Below, piece after piece: positions 48,918 through 61,745 of a stretch of 64,000 bases of DNA (positions are counted from its first letter, which is position 1; each line of letters begins with the position of its first letter). The stretch lies in NCBI RefSeq assembly GCF_009914755.1, contig NC_060940.1; one strand, written 5' to 3'. The notes below the pieces were generated by a model, which made no database searches, was not told the DNA's origin, and saw only the letters and a list, made by a program, of their open reading frames with translations. A program made the translations under genes and the position numbers. Origin of the DNA: the human T2T-CHM13v2.0 reference genome, Homo sapiens.

Positions 48918-49404
48918 GAAGAGAGGCAAGATTGCTGACTAGATCGGTTAGGAGGAACATCTGCCACCAAGGGACCCGGACACCAGGAAGGCTGGTACAC
49001 TCCGAGAAGATCTTCAGAAGGAAGCCATTGAGAGTGGATGGAGGGAGGACACAGGGTGCATTGAAGTAGGAGGAAGCTAGGAACCCTACATGAGGCTACC
49101 ATGCACTGGGACTCATTCCTAGCCCCCAACAACTGCTGGGGAGAGAGTGAGTTGAGCAGGTAAGGGGTGACCCATTCTCACTATGGACCTCTGGCATCCT
49201 GGCAGCAGGAGACCTCATAGCCCCATGGACACTTGAACTCTCAGGGAGAACTGCTTTGAGAGATAATAAGGGCAATATTCCAGCCTGTGCAGAGTCTGGA
49301 GGTTTTGTGTGGGTATGTCTGCAGGGACCACAGCCAAAGTTACCCATTTCTGAAGGCTTGCTTTGGAAGAGCAAGCCTTTCTCTAGGAGACTCTAGCCTT
49401 AGGG

Positions 49405-49470
49405 GAACTGTCAGACGTGAACTGAGGAACTGTCGGACGTGAACTGAGGAACTGTCAGACCTGAACTGAG
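49405..49470. repeat. 22-bp x3 tandem repeat in L1 5'UTR
   Basis: GAACTGTC[A/G]GAC[G/C]TGAACTGAG three times. Confidence 0.97.
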
Positions 49471-51573
49471 CAGGGTGATCTTGCCTATGAGATGGGGCCA
49501 GTCTGATCTGAGTGCTCTTCTGTCTGCTGGCCTCTCCCAGGGCCTTATCCTGGTCATGCGTGCTTGCAGTCCAGCCTCAGATTCCCAAACAGGGTATATC
49601 CTAGGAGCCTGCATCATAGCTTCTGCACTGGTGGACCACACCTGACCATCAGAGAGCTCCAGCAGAGCAATCTCTACTGAATTGCACAAGGTCACTTCCA
49701 CTCGCACCCCACCACAGCCTCCTCATGCCACTTTGCCAGTATGCACTTGCCCAAGGGATACCCTCTCTTCACTTTGCCAGTGCACGTGTGTATGAGAGCA
49801 GACCTCACCTCTCCTTCCCTGCCAGTTGTGAGTGTGTGTGCACCCCACTGTGCCATTGTTCCTAGCATGAGTGCACCCACCAGCCCCCTGCGGCTGCACT
49901 GCCATTGCCAGTGGGATCATGCAGAGGGACAGTGATGGCCCTGCCCTCTGCCTCATGCCACCATCATAGCTGGCATGAATACACACATGGAGGCCTCCAG
50001 CCCTGTGGCCACTGGTGCCTTGCCCCTGTGCTGACACTGCTACTGGTGTGAATGCAAACATGGACCCCAGCAGACCCCTCCTGCCTTCCCCCACTACCCT
50101 CTGGGTGGCCAATGCTGCTGCTACCAAGATCTACATGGAGGCCAGCAGCCCTGGGCCTGCTAGAGCCCCTTCCCAGCTGATAAACTTGCACCCTGCTGTG
50201 CTGTCGCTGCTGCTGGCATGGGCGAATGAGCACAGATTCTGCTGCCACAGTCCAACAAAGCTCTTTGGCTGCAACCACTGTTCAGAGTGGTGGCCAGTGG
50301 TCCAGGAACTCCTTGACCCCTCTAGAGTAGCAGGTTTCCAACCATGAGGGGCTACAGACAAAAGCTGGATGCCCGATACCAGTCACACAGAATTAAAGCA
50401 CATAGCCCAGGGGTGCTGAGCTGAGCCTTGGACCCCCCAAAATCTACCAGAAATGAAGCTAATCAACTGAATCCACCTCATACCATAATCAAATCCCTAA
50501 GAACATTAAAGAAAATAAAAGAAAAAAAAAACATTCAAAGGACAGCAACTTCAAAGACTGAAGGAACATCAGCCCACACAGATGACAAAGAACCAGCACA
50601 AGAACTCTGGCAACTCAAGAAGCGTGAGTGTCTTCTTACCTCCACATGATCACACTGGTTCCCAAGAAATGGTTTTTAACCAGGCTGAAATGACTGAAAT
50701 GACAGAAATAAAATTCAGAATATGGATAGGAATGAAGATCCTTGACATTCAGGAGAAAGTCAAAACCCAATCCAAGGATTCTAAGGAATACAATAAAATG
50801 ATACAGGAGATGAAAGATGAAACAGCTGTTTTAAGAAAAAAGCAAACTGAGCTGACAGAGCTGAAAAATTCACTTCAAGAATTTCTGAATAGAATCACAA
50901 GTATTAACAGCAGAATTGACCAAGCTGAAGAAAGAACACCAGAGCTTGAAGACCAACTCTCCAAAATAACTCAGTTAGACAATAAAAAGTAAAGAAAAAA
51001 CAAAAAGCCGAATAAACAGGGCCTTTGAGAAATATGGGATTATGTAAAGAGATCAGATCTATCACTCACTGGCATCCCTGAAAGACAGGGAGAAAAAGCA
51101 AGCAACTTAGAAAACATATTGCAGGATATCATCCATGAAAAATTTCCCAACCTCACTAGAGAGGTAAACATTCAAAATCAGGAAATGCAGAGAACTCCTG
51201 CAAAATACTACACAAGGAGACCATCCCCCAAACACATAGTTATCAGATTCTCCAAGGTTGAAATGAAAGAAAAAAATGTAAAAGACAACTAAAGAGAGGG
51301 GGCAGGACACCTACAAAGGGAACCCCAGCAGGCTAACAGGGGGATTTTCAGCAGAAACCCTACAAGCAGAAGAGATTGGAGGTCTATATTCAGCATTCTT
51401 AAAGAAAAGAATTTATAATCAAGAATCTCATATCCAGCCAAACTAAGCTTCATAAGCGAGGGAAAAATTAGATCCTTTCAAACAAGCAAATGCTAAGAGA
51501 TTTTGTTACCACCAGAACTGCCTTAAAATAGATCCTGATGGGAGTGCTAAACATGGAAAGAAAAGACAGACCA

Positions 51574-51662
51574 GTCTACGGCCATACCACCCTGAACGCG
51601 CCGATCTCTTCTGATCTCAGAAGCTAAGCAGGGTCGGGCCTGGTTAGTACTTGGATGGGAGA
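51574..51662 (+). pseudogene. 5S rRNA retropseudogene (nt 1-90, 3'-truncated, no polyA)
   Basis: GTCTACGGCCATACCACCCTGAACGCG...GGATGGGAGA, 3 differences from recalled human 5S; 15-bp TSD AGAAAAGACAGACCA (51559-51573, 51660-51674). Confidence 0.97.
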
Positions 51663-54058
51663 AAAGACAGACCATTATCACTACAAAAACACACTGAACT
51701 ACACAGAACAGTGACACTATAAAGGTATCACACAAACAAGTCTGCATCATAACCACCTAACAACATGATGACAGAACCAAACTGCATATATCAATACTAA
51801 CCTTGAAAGTAAACAGGTGAAATGCCCCAAGTAAAAGGCATAGAGTGACAAGTTGGATAAAGAAGTTGGGCCCAATGGTGTGCTGTCTTCAAGAGACCCA
51901 TCTTACATGCAATAACACCATAGGCTCAAAGTAAAGATAATGGATAAAAATCTACCAAGAAAATGGAAAACAGAAAAAAAGCAGGTGTTGCTATTTAAGT
52001 TCAGACAAAATAGACTGTAAACCAACAAAATAAAAAAAGACAAAGAAGGGCATTACATAATGGAAAGGGTTGAATTCAACAAGAAGACCTAACTATCCTA
52101 AATAATACATGCAGCCAAAACAGAAGCACTCAGATTCATAAAGCAAGTTCCTAGAGACCTATGAAGAGACTTAGATAACCACACAATAATAATGGGAGAT
52201 TTCAACAACCCACAGGCAGTATTAGACAGATCATCAAGGCAGAAAACTAACAAAGATAATTGTGACCCAAACTCAATACATGGCTAAGTGGAAGTAATAG
52301 CAATCTATAGAAAATTTCACCCCAAAACAACAGAATATACATTATTCTCATCTGCACTTGGCACATACTCTAAAACTAACCACATACTTGGCCATAAAAC
52401 AAACCTCAGCAAATTTGAAAAATACAAAATCATACCAACCACACTCTTGGACCACAGTGCAATGAAAATATAAATCAATACTAAGAAAATCACTCAATAC
52501 CACACAATTACATGGAAATCAAACAACCTGCTTCTGAATGACTTTTGAGTAAATAATGAAATTGAGGCAGAGATCAAGAAACTCTTTGAAAGTAATGAGA
52601 ACAAAGATACAACACACCAGAATCTATGAGACACAGCTAAAGCAGTGTTAAGAGGGAATTTTATAGCACTATATGTCCAAATCAAAAAGCTGAAAAGATC
52701 TGAAGTTAACAACCTACAATCACAATTAGAAGAACTTGACAAGCAAAAGCAAATCAATTCCAAAGTTATCAGAAGACAAGAAATAACCAAAATCAAAGCC
52801 GAACTGAAGGAAAATGAGGTGTGAAAAACATACAAAAATCAATGAATCCAGAAATTGTTATTTTGAAAAAAAGAAATATGATCGACTACTAGCTAGATAA
52901 ATAAGGGAAAAAGAGAGATAATCCAAATAAACACAATCAGAAATGGTAAAGGGGAAAGTATCACTTTACAGAAATACAAAAAACTCTTAGAAATAGCTAT
53001 GGACACCTCTATGCACACAAGGTAGAAAGTCTTGCAGAAATGGTTAAATTCCTGGATACACACAACCTCCCAAGACTGAATCAGGAAGAAATTGAATCCT
53101 TGAACAGATCAATAATAAGCTCCAAAATGGAATCAGTAATAAGAAACCTACCAACAAGAAAAAGCCCAGGAGTAGACGAATTCAGAGCTGAATTTTACCT
53201 GGTGTATAAAGAAGAGCTGGTACCATCTCTACTTAAACTATTCCAAAAAACTAAGGAGGGAAAACTCCTTTCTAACACATTATGATGCCAGCATCATCCT
53301 GATACCAAAACCTGGCAGAGACACACATGCAAAAAGAAAACTTCAGGCTAATATCCTTGATGAACATAGATGCAAAAATCCTCAACAAAATGCTAGCAAA
53401 TGAAAACCAGCAGCACATCAAAAAGCTAATCCACTATGATCAAGTAGGCTTTATCCCTGGGATGCAAGATTGGTTCAACATGTAGAAATCAATAAATGAA
53501 AATTATTATTCACCACATAAACAGAATGAAAAACAAAAATCATATGATTATCTCAATAGATGCAGAAAAGGCTTTTGATGAAACCCAATATCTCTTCATG
53601 TTAACAATCCTCAACAAACTAGGCATTGTAGGAACATACCTCAAAATAATAAAAGCCACTGTGACAAACCCACAGCCAACATCATACTGAATGGGCAAAA
53701 GCTGGAAGCATTTCTCATGAAAACTTGAACAAGACAATGATGCTCTCTGTCATCCCTCCTATTCAACATAGTACTGAAAGTCCTGGCCAGAGCAAGCAGG
53801 GAAAAGAAAGAAATAAAAGGCATTCAAATAAGAAGAAAGAAAGTCAAACTATCCCTATTTGCAGATAATTTGATTCTATGCCTAGAAAACCCCATAGTTT
53901 CTGCACAAAAGCTCCTTGTTCTGATACACAACTTCAACAAAGATTCAGGATGCAAACACTAATGTACCAAAATCAGTAGCATTCTAATATATCAATAACA
54001 TCCAAGCTGGGAGCCAAATCAATAACAGAATATCATTCACAATATGTATATGTTATAT

Positions 54059-54497
54059 ATATTTTGTTTTATTTGAATTTCAGGATACATGTGCAGGATG
54101 TGCAGGTTTGTTACACATGTAAACGTGTGCCATAATGATTTGCTGCACCTATCAACCTATCACCTACGTATTAAGCCCAGCATGCATTAGCTATTTATCC
54201 TGATGCTCTTCCTCCCTTTGCTCCTCACTGACAGCCCCAGTGTGCGTTGTTTCCCTCACTGTGTCCATATGCTCTCATTGTTCAGCTCCCACTTACAAGT
54301 AAGAACATGTGGTGTTTGGTTTTCTGTTCCTGTGTTAGTTTGCTGAGGATAATGGCTTCCAGATCCATCCATGTCCCTGCAAAGGACATGGTATCATTCC
54401 TTTTTATGGCTTCACAGTATACCATGGTATATATGTACAACTTTTTAAAATCTAGTCTATGATTGATGGGTATTTAGGTTGATTCCATGTCTTTTCT
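54059..54497 (-). mobile_element. L1PA8-11-type 3' end
   Basis: catgtgcaggatgtgcaggtttgttac...tattaagcccagcatgcattagct; TSD TATGTTATAT (54049-54058, 54498-54507). Confidence 0.92.
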
Positions 54498-54607
54498 TAT
54501 GTTATATTTTTAAGGAATGAAATATTATTGGATAATGATTTAGATGGTTTAAGCGTTTGGGTTTCAGGTGACTGATTTCAACTTGAGCATATTTATATAA
54601 TAACATG

Positions 54608-54950
54608 TGATACGGTTTGGCTTCGTCCCCACCAAAATCTCATCTTGAATGGTAATCCCCATGTGTGGAGGGAGGGAGGTGATTGGATCATGGGGACTGT
54701 TTCCCCCATGCTGTTCTCATGATAGTGAGTTCCCACAAGATCTGATGGTTTTAAAAGGGGTTCTTTGCTCGCACCCTCTCCTGCCACTTTGTGAAGAAGG
54801 TGCCTGCTTCCCTTTTGCCTTCTGCCATGGTTGTAAGTTTCCTGAGTCTTCCCCAGCCATGCAGAACTGTGAGTTAATTAAACCTCTTTCCTTCATAAAT
54901 TACCCAGTCTTGGGTATTTCTTTATGGCAGTGTGAAAATGGACTAATACA
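54608..54950 (+). mobile_element. THE1D/MSTA-type solo LTR
   Basis: tgatacggtttggc...aaatggactaataca; ATTAAA polyA signal. Confidence 0.93.
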
Positions 54951-55499
54951 CCATATGTGGATTGCATAGCCCTTGTTGAGCTTATCGTCTTGCTGTAGTT
55001 TCTTCTGCTGATCATGTATCAGTAGGTCTTAATTGTAACCAGAAGCAACCATTAGCCAAATCAGCATACATATAAACACCACACTCTAGGCTCTAGGTGG
55101 TGAGATCATTACAGAGTAAAATATAGAAAATACTATTAATCAAAATCTAAAATGTTTATGACCATTTCCATGTAAGTCTTTATGGTTGTTACCCAAAAAA
55201 TTGTCTTTGAAAGTCCCATTTAGGAAGTGTCTTAAAGGTTTTTGATGGAAGCTTTGTTTGAAAATCATGGAAATTGGGGGGAGGAGAGAGAACCCAGAAA
55301 GTAATTTCAATTTTATACATAAATTCATGTATTGCCACGTATTTTCACTCAAGTATGTGTTAATTTGATAAGGGTGATAGTTGGGACACTTAAGATGTGA
55401 ACTCATGTAAAGAGAGGAAAATTACAGGACTAAGATATCTGCCCAGTAGAATTTCCTGCACCCTACTCTGTATCTTTGTTTACCCACTAAAATCCATGC

Positions 55500-55784
<285 letters not shown>

Positions 55785-56064
55785 CCGTTTAATTTTCTTT
55801 ATGTTTGGTTCTATGAATCTTTTTCTTGGCAGTGAGATTGTTTGGTCCCTACTCATGTCAGTTAAAAAAAATCTCTGGCTTTAATTGCATTACGTAGTCA
55901 AATTCACCATCACGGTTCCATCTATTTTTCTCTGCACTTGCTATTGCTCATCCTTATGAAAATCCCATCACTGCTGCCTTCCACTCAGCTCACTAGTATC
56001 TCTAGGATAACCTACTGCCTATCATTCTTGAGAAGTGTCAACTTGGCCTTAAAAGTCTGACATG

Positions 56065-56380
56065 TTTTGGAAGGATGAGGAGGGAGAATTTCTTGAGGCC
56101 AGAAGTTCAAGTCCAGCCTGAGTAACAAAGTGAGACCCTCTCTCTACCAAAAAAAAAAAAAAAAAAAATTAAATAAAATTTTTGAAAACTTCTCTAGGAA
56201 TGGCGGTATGTGCCTGCAGTCCCACCTATTCAGGAGGATGAGGCAGGAGAACTACTTAATCCCCCTGAGTTCAAGGCTGCAGTGAGCCATGATTGTTCCA
56301 CCACATGGAAGCCTAGGTGACAGGGAAAAAACCCTGTCTAAAAAATAAATAAATGAAAATAAAAAAATAAAATTTAAAAA
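56065..56380 (+). mobile_element. Diverged AluJ, 5'-truncated, with expanded linker
   Basis: gagttcaaggctgcagtgagccatgatt. Confidence 0.85.
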
Positions 56381-57984
56381 TAACCAGGCATATCAGGTAG
56401 TATTGACACCTGGGGTTTAAAACCAGTCGACGAGGTCCTAAGAAACTTGCTTCTTTTGGCCCTCTACTTCTTATTCTGAAATTCTTCCTGGAGTGCCAAT
56501 ATGATAAACATAACAGTCTTTCCTGAGATATGTGCATAAAGTACACTCTTCTTCTTCATAGACTCTCCCCACTCTTCCCCTTCCTCCCACCAAGTAGAGA
56601 CACACAAGCAATCACATTTTAACAAGAAATATACCAATGTGAATTTTAAAAGTAGAGGATATGCAAAATTTTTACAGTTTTAGTATCACGTAGTTTAAAA
56701 TCCAAGGAAAGTCTATGCATTCAAAAAATATTTGCAAAGTAATATTTGAAAAAGGCAAGACAAGCCAGCACAGGGAATCTTTTAGATTTAGAGTTAAATT
56801 TTACTTTGCAAATGGCAAAGACTCAACTAGTGGTAGTTGTGCTCCCAAAGAGTAATGTTGACTTTGACTAAGTCATTTACTTTCTTCCATAAACTTATCT
56901 GGCTTTGTTACCTCCTATATACTCCACAGCATGTTCATATGTCCCATCACACCTTCATTATTACAGCATTGATAATGGAAATTAAGTATGCATCTTAGCA
57001 CTTTAAACTCTTTGGACCAAAAAGCACTAAATAAAATTTGTCATTAAAAAAATCTTGCAAATACCCTCAAGGTCTCAAGAGCAGTAATGAAAATCAAAGT
57101 TGATGTTTGAATCTTTATACTCAAATGCAATAACATGCATCAAGAAATACTAAGTTGCATCCTTTGCAGTTCTCTCCATCTTCTGTTTTTAGATCTCAAG
57201 ACAAAATCCTTTGTTTAGCTTGTGTGCATATTAGACAATTTCTCAGATATTGTTCACTTTTGGCACATACAACTAATTAAGAACCCCGTTAACAGGCTAA
57301 CATGAAGATGATGTTTTTCTAATACATTGTTTTATTTCTGAACATGAATAGGGATATTTTTAGCGGTTTGGTTATACACTAAATAAAATATTTTGTGCCT
57401 TTTAAAGGATCCCTGATAATGCATCTATACTCTTTCCCAGAAGCCCACAATATAATTCTGATTTTATTTTTCAAAATAATCTTTTTCTCCCTTTATTGGA
57501 AAATGTCACTTCATCAATCCTTTAGCAATAAACTCCTGCTGTGGCTTGACCTCCCTCTGTAACTTTTGTGACTTTACAATTCATCCTTTAAGTGGAGCTG
57601 TCATTTTGGCATGATCCTTGGTTTAATCCTGTTAAGCTCCTGCAAGCATCCCATTTTATATATGTTGAACACTTCGTTGAAATGTAAGACACTTTTACAA
57701 TCCATTTTTCATTTCCAAAGCTGCTGCTGTAGAGTAAATTCACCATTCACTCTTTCTGAAACTGTGCACTTTCCAAGGAGATTGACATTCCTGAAATTGT
57801 ATCATCATTTTCCTCATTCATTTTACCTGTCATTTCTTTATCTGTTCTCATTCTGTATGGTCCTCAGTGTGTCCTGTAACTTACCTACATTTCTTAGAGA
57901 CTAATAAAATTCACCCCAGCTTCTAATGGGTGCAAAAGAAATCCCCCTTTATGTTGAAGAAAAATACAACAACATATCTGTAAT

Positions 57985-58500
57985 TCATAGGCCTGGTTTT
58001 CATTCTAGTCCTATCATTTAACAGCTATAGGACTTGAGCAAATCACTTCAATTCCCTTTATTAGTTATTAGTATCATCTACTTCAAATAATCATGAATGA
58101 TTCAATGAACCTGATATGAACAATACACAAAAGAATAGCCATTATTTGTTTTACTACTAAGTTTATTTGATAAAGAATTAGAGAACTAAAATGTATTGAG
58201 CACCTAACATGTACCAAGGACTGCACTTGGAATTTTACAATTATTCACAAATGTTGTCATTAAAGTTGCTTCAAAAAAGGAATGCGAATTTGTCTTTGCT
58301 CATGTGTTATGTAGATCCATGCTGTTATAACTATGATATAGTGCATTCAGTCTTTCCATCTCTATAAATTTTAGTCTCTTCATCTGAAAATGAAGATAAT
58401 ATTACTTAATTTTAGGATTACTTTGAAGACTAATGAAATTATATAAAGACCTTAGTAAAATATCTTGCAGATGTATGCTTTAAAGAAAAGTTATCTGTAT
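57985..58500. mobile_element. Cluster of MIR fragments in both orientations
   Basis: gacttgagcaaatcactt; gtattgagcacctaacatgtaccaagg; cttcatctgaaaatgaagataat. Confidence 0.55.
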
Positions 58501-58799
58501 TTATTGTAGTCACAGTGGCCATGGTGGTAGAGGTAATAGGCAGAAATTTTTCAGCTTATGAACAATTTGTGTACTCCAAATGTTTCTAAGATTTTTAATA
58601 TTGTATGCATATTGATGTGTATTTCATTTTAATATTTGTTGTAAGGTGGTGTTGTAATTAGATGTTCAAGAAGACCCACAAAAACCCCTTTAATCTGTAG
58701 TAGAGCTGGACTGTTTTATTAATAGGACTATATATTTCTCTCATTCTAATGTGTCATCCCTGTATATTCATGGACCCATTTAAGATTTCAAATATTTTC

Positions 58800-59093
<294 letters not shown>

Positions 59094-59751
59094 ATTTCAA
59101 ATATTTTCAAGGAAACCATATTAAACTGATTTTGACAGAGAGTCTTAAAGAATAAAAATATTCTGTAATGGTATACCCAAACTAATGATAACATAAAGCT
59201 ATAACATTAAGCTATAGACTTTATAAATATTGAGTATTTTTACTGTAATTTGTTGCCATGAGGAAGCAAATGTCCAATTCAACTGGAGATGGCACAGTCC
59301 TAGAAACAAGGACCCCACATCAATCCTTGAATTGGTCATCTCTGACTGAAATTGAAAATCAAAGGGAGATGTCTGTCTTGTTTACTTATTTTCAAATATC
59401 ACTGAAAATATAGTTTTCTTACTTGTCAACTGCAATTACAGTGTCTGAGTATTTTAAATATTTTATCTTCTGTTTGATTGTTTTTATGCTCTCATTAAGG
59501 TCTTTATTTTAGGGTATTTATTTTTCAATTAAGGTTACCTTCAAGACATTATTGATTTGTTTTTATTGAACCTTCTTAAATATCTTAATTACTAATAACC
59601 TCTATAATTTTACATGAATTACCTAGGAGGAAGCTGACTTAAAATTTATATTTTTGTTTAACTGAGAATTCCAACTGTTGTTCTAGGATATCTTGGTATT
59701 TTGCATCTATAAATGTGGTCACAGAAAAGAGAGAGATTTTATTATTTAACT

Positions 59752-60038
59752 CACTGTTTCTCAAAGTGTTCTGCCCACACAATTATAAAATGTGAGATGA
59801 TTTTAGGTAGTGCATGAACTTTCCTTAAAATATGTATTATCAAATCCCAAAAGCACCTCAATCCCATTATGTCACAAATGTTTTACTTAGATAATTGCAA
59901 AAAATTATTAAAGTGGATTTAGAGGAAATATTAACTATATATGTTTACATATATAAATACATACATAATTTTCCAATATAGTATGGGCTTTAGAAAATTT
60001 GCTAAAGAAATAAAATTTTGTAAACTATTGGAAAACTC
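59752..60038. mobile_element. Old hAT-Charlie MITE (Charlie18a-like)
   Basis: cactgtttctcaaagtgt...gagatgattttaggtagtgcatg. Confidence 0.45.
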
Positions 60039-60902
60039 AAAGATTGTCGGGGAAAGTTGGCTTCATACTTCCAGTTGAGGATGTGCTGGGCACCTTTGTC
60101 ATGCACCTCTCTGGGAAAATATGTGTGATTGAAAGTCCAGTTGTGCCTAAGGCTAGAAGTAAAAACATACAATCATTAGAATTTGTATTAGTAGATATCA
60201 ACATGAGAGAAAAATAAAGAGTAATGTTATTAAGGAGATATTAATATGTAGCAAGCACACAAACAAACTATAACAACAATAAGTTTCATGGCTAATAAAC
60301 TCAAGCAAGTTTCTTTGATACAGGTTTTCTTAGCACCATTATGCTAATCGCAGTGCAAATCACCAAGAAGCAGACCAAATATAAGCTATTTCCTAAGTAT
60401 GTTTGATCATGAGGCCCTTCCCTTCAAAAATTCCTATTAATATTTCAGAGAAGCGAGAGTGTGCAATACTTGGTGACTGTTAAAGGAATAATGTTTGAGA
60501 AAAACACATGTAATTCAGTTTCTTGAACTTCTTAATGGCAGAAACTAATTTTTATAGGTCTCTACATTTTGTATGCATGAACATAGCAACTGTCAAAAAA
60601 TATGAATGAACTAGTCCAATAATTCATCAGATTTAAGATATTAGAAAGGATAGGATAAGAAATCATTGTAATTGTGAATTAAATTGAGTTGCTCAAAAGA
60701 GAGACTTTTGATCTTATCTGTAATCTTCACTTTTATTAATTTTTTCTATATTTGCTCTGAATTCAGAAACAAGTGTCTCCATATAGATGACCCATGAGGT
60801 CCTGAAAGTCAAGTCGATTCTCACTTCTTGCACTCTCTTTTTCTACTCTTAGTACATGTAGGATACTATACTGTGTGTTTGCCAAAGTTCTCAATGTATT
60901 AT

Positions 60903-61432
60903 AGATGCAGGACAGGTGGGGCCCAAAATTGAAGCTCAGCCTGGGAGGGTTATTGGTTTAATCCAAAAAGGAATTAAAGGGTAAGCCAGTGGTGTTGGAC
61001 AGAAATCTTTTATTGAATGGTACTGCTCCTTGGGGAGCGGGGCTAACTCATAGGCAGTGTGCCCAGAGTAGGCAACGTTGGTGACTGTATTTATACATAC
61101 TTATACCCACTTTCAATTTTATGCAAATTAATGGGAAGGTTAATGCAAATTGAGGGGTGGGTTTCTAGAACTTCTTTAAAAAGGGGTGGTAACCTCTGAG
61201 TCATTGCAATGGAAAGGGCTGGTAATTTCCAGTTGGTTGCCATGGCATTTGTAAACTGTCATGGCACTGGTGGGAGTGTCTTATGCCTATGAGGAATGAG
61301 GGCAGCTGGGATCCCTTTTGTCACTATCTGCTGGTTTCAGCTGATTTCTTCACTTTATCCTGTCTGAACCAGATCCCATTTTGGTCAGTAGGGTTGTGAC
61401 CAGAAAATAGGCCCTGCCAGTCTCCTGTCTCC
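60903..61432 (-). mobile_element. ERV1 solo LTR (MER41/MER49-like)
   Basis: gttgccatggcatttgtaaactgtcatggcactggtgggagtgtc motif; 4-bp TSD TTAT (60899-60902, 61433-61436). Confidence 0.82.
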
Positions 61433-61539
61433 TTATTATATAATAGAATGAATGACTGAATAGCCAACTTTAAAGCACCCTGTATGGTTCAGCTTAGACT
61501 TTTCTTTGATCTGAAAAATTATCCTCTGATATTGACTTA

Positions 61540-61745
61540 AGGGGTACCCTTTATATGTATGTAATTCCATAGCATTCTCCACTTATCCATTAATAAAAGT
61601 AATGAAAAATTATAGCAATTATCAATGTAAGTATCTCTTTCCATTGAAATTCTTTAAGAGTATACTCGTGCTGAATTTATCACAGGCACATTATCTGGCT
61701 CATAGGAGGTGTCCAGTAAATATCTGATGAATGAAGAATAATGAA
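61540..61745 (+). mobile_element. L2 3' terminus
   Basis: atctggctcataggaggtgtccagtaaatatctgatgaatgaag. Confidence 0.6.

Larger units (their letters stand above)
48920..54043 (+). mobile_element. L1PA13-16-type LINE-1: 5'UTR, ORF1, ORF2 EN to RT, 3' part missing
   Basis: 5' start gaggcaagattgctgactaga; ORF1 from 50582 (MTKNQHKNSGNS, coiled coil); ORF2 from ~51765; many stops; ends in the RT region. Confidence 0.93.

Noticed and set aside
49405-49470. Possible CRISPR-like repeat
   Set aside because: Units are contiguous with no spacers, in a primate L1 5'UTR, with no cas genes.
49411-50361. GC-richer region dense in ORFs
   Set aside because: It is the 5'UTR of the old L1, not a host CpG-island gene.
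51574-51662. Functional 5S rRNA gene
   Set aside because: Lacks nt 91-121 and the terminator, is flanked by a TSD and is not in a tandem array.
50582-54043. Potentially active full-length L1
   Set aside because: ORF1 and ORF2 have many stops and frameshifts, and the 3' end is missing.
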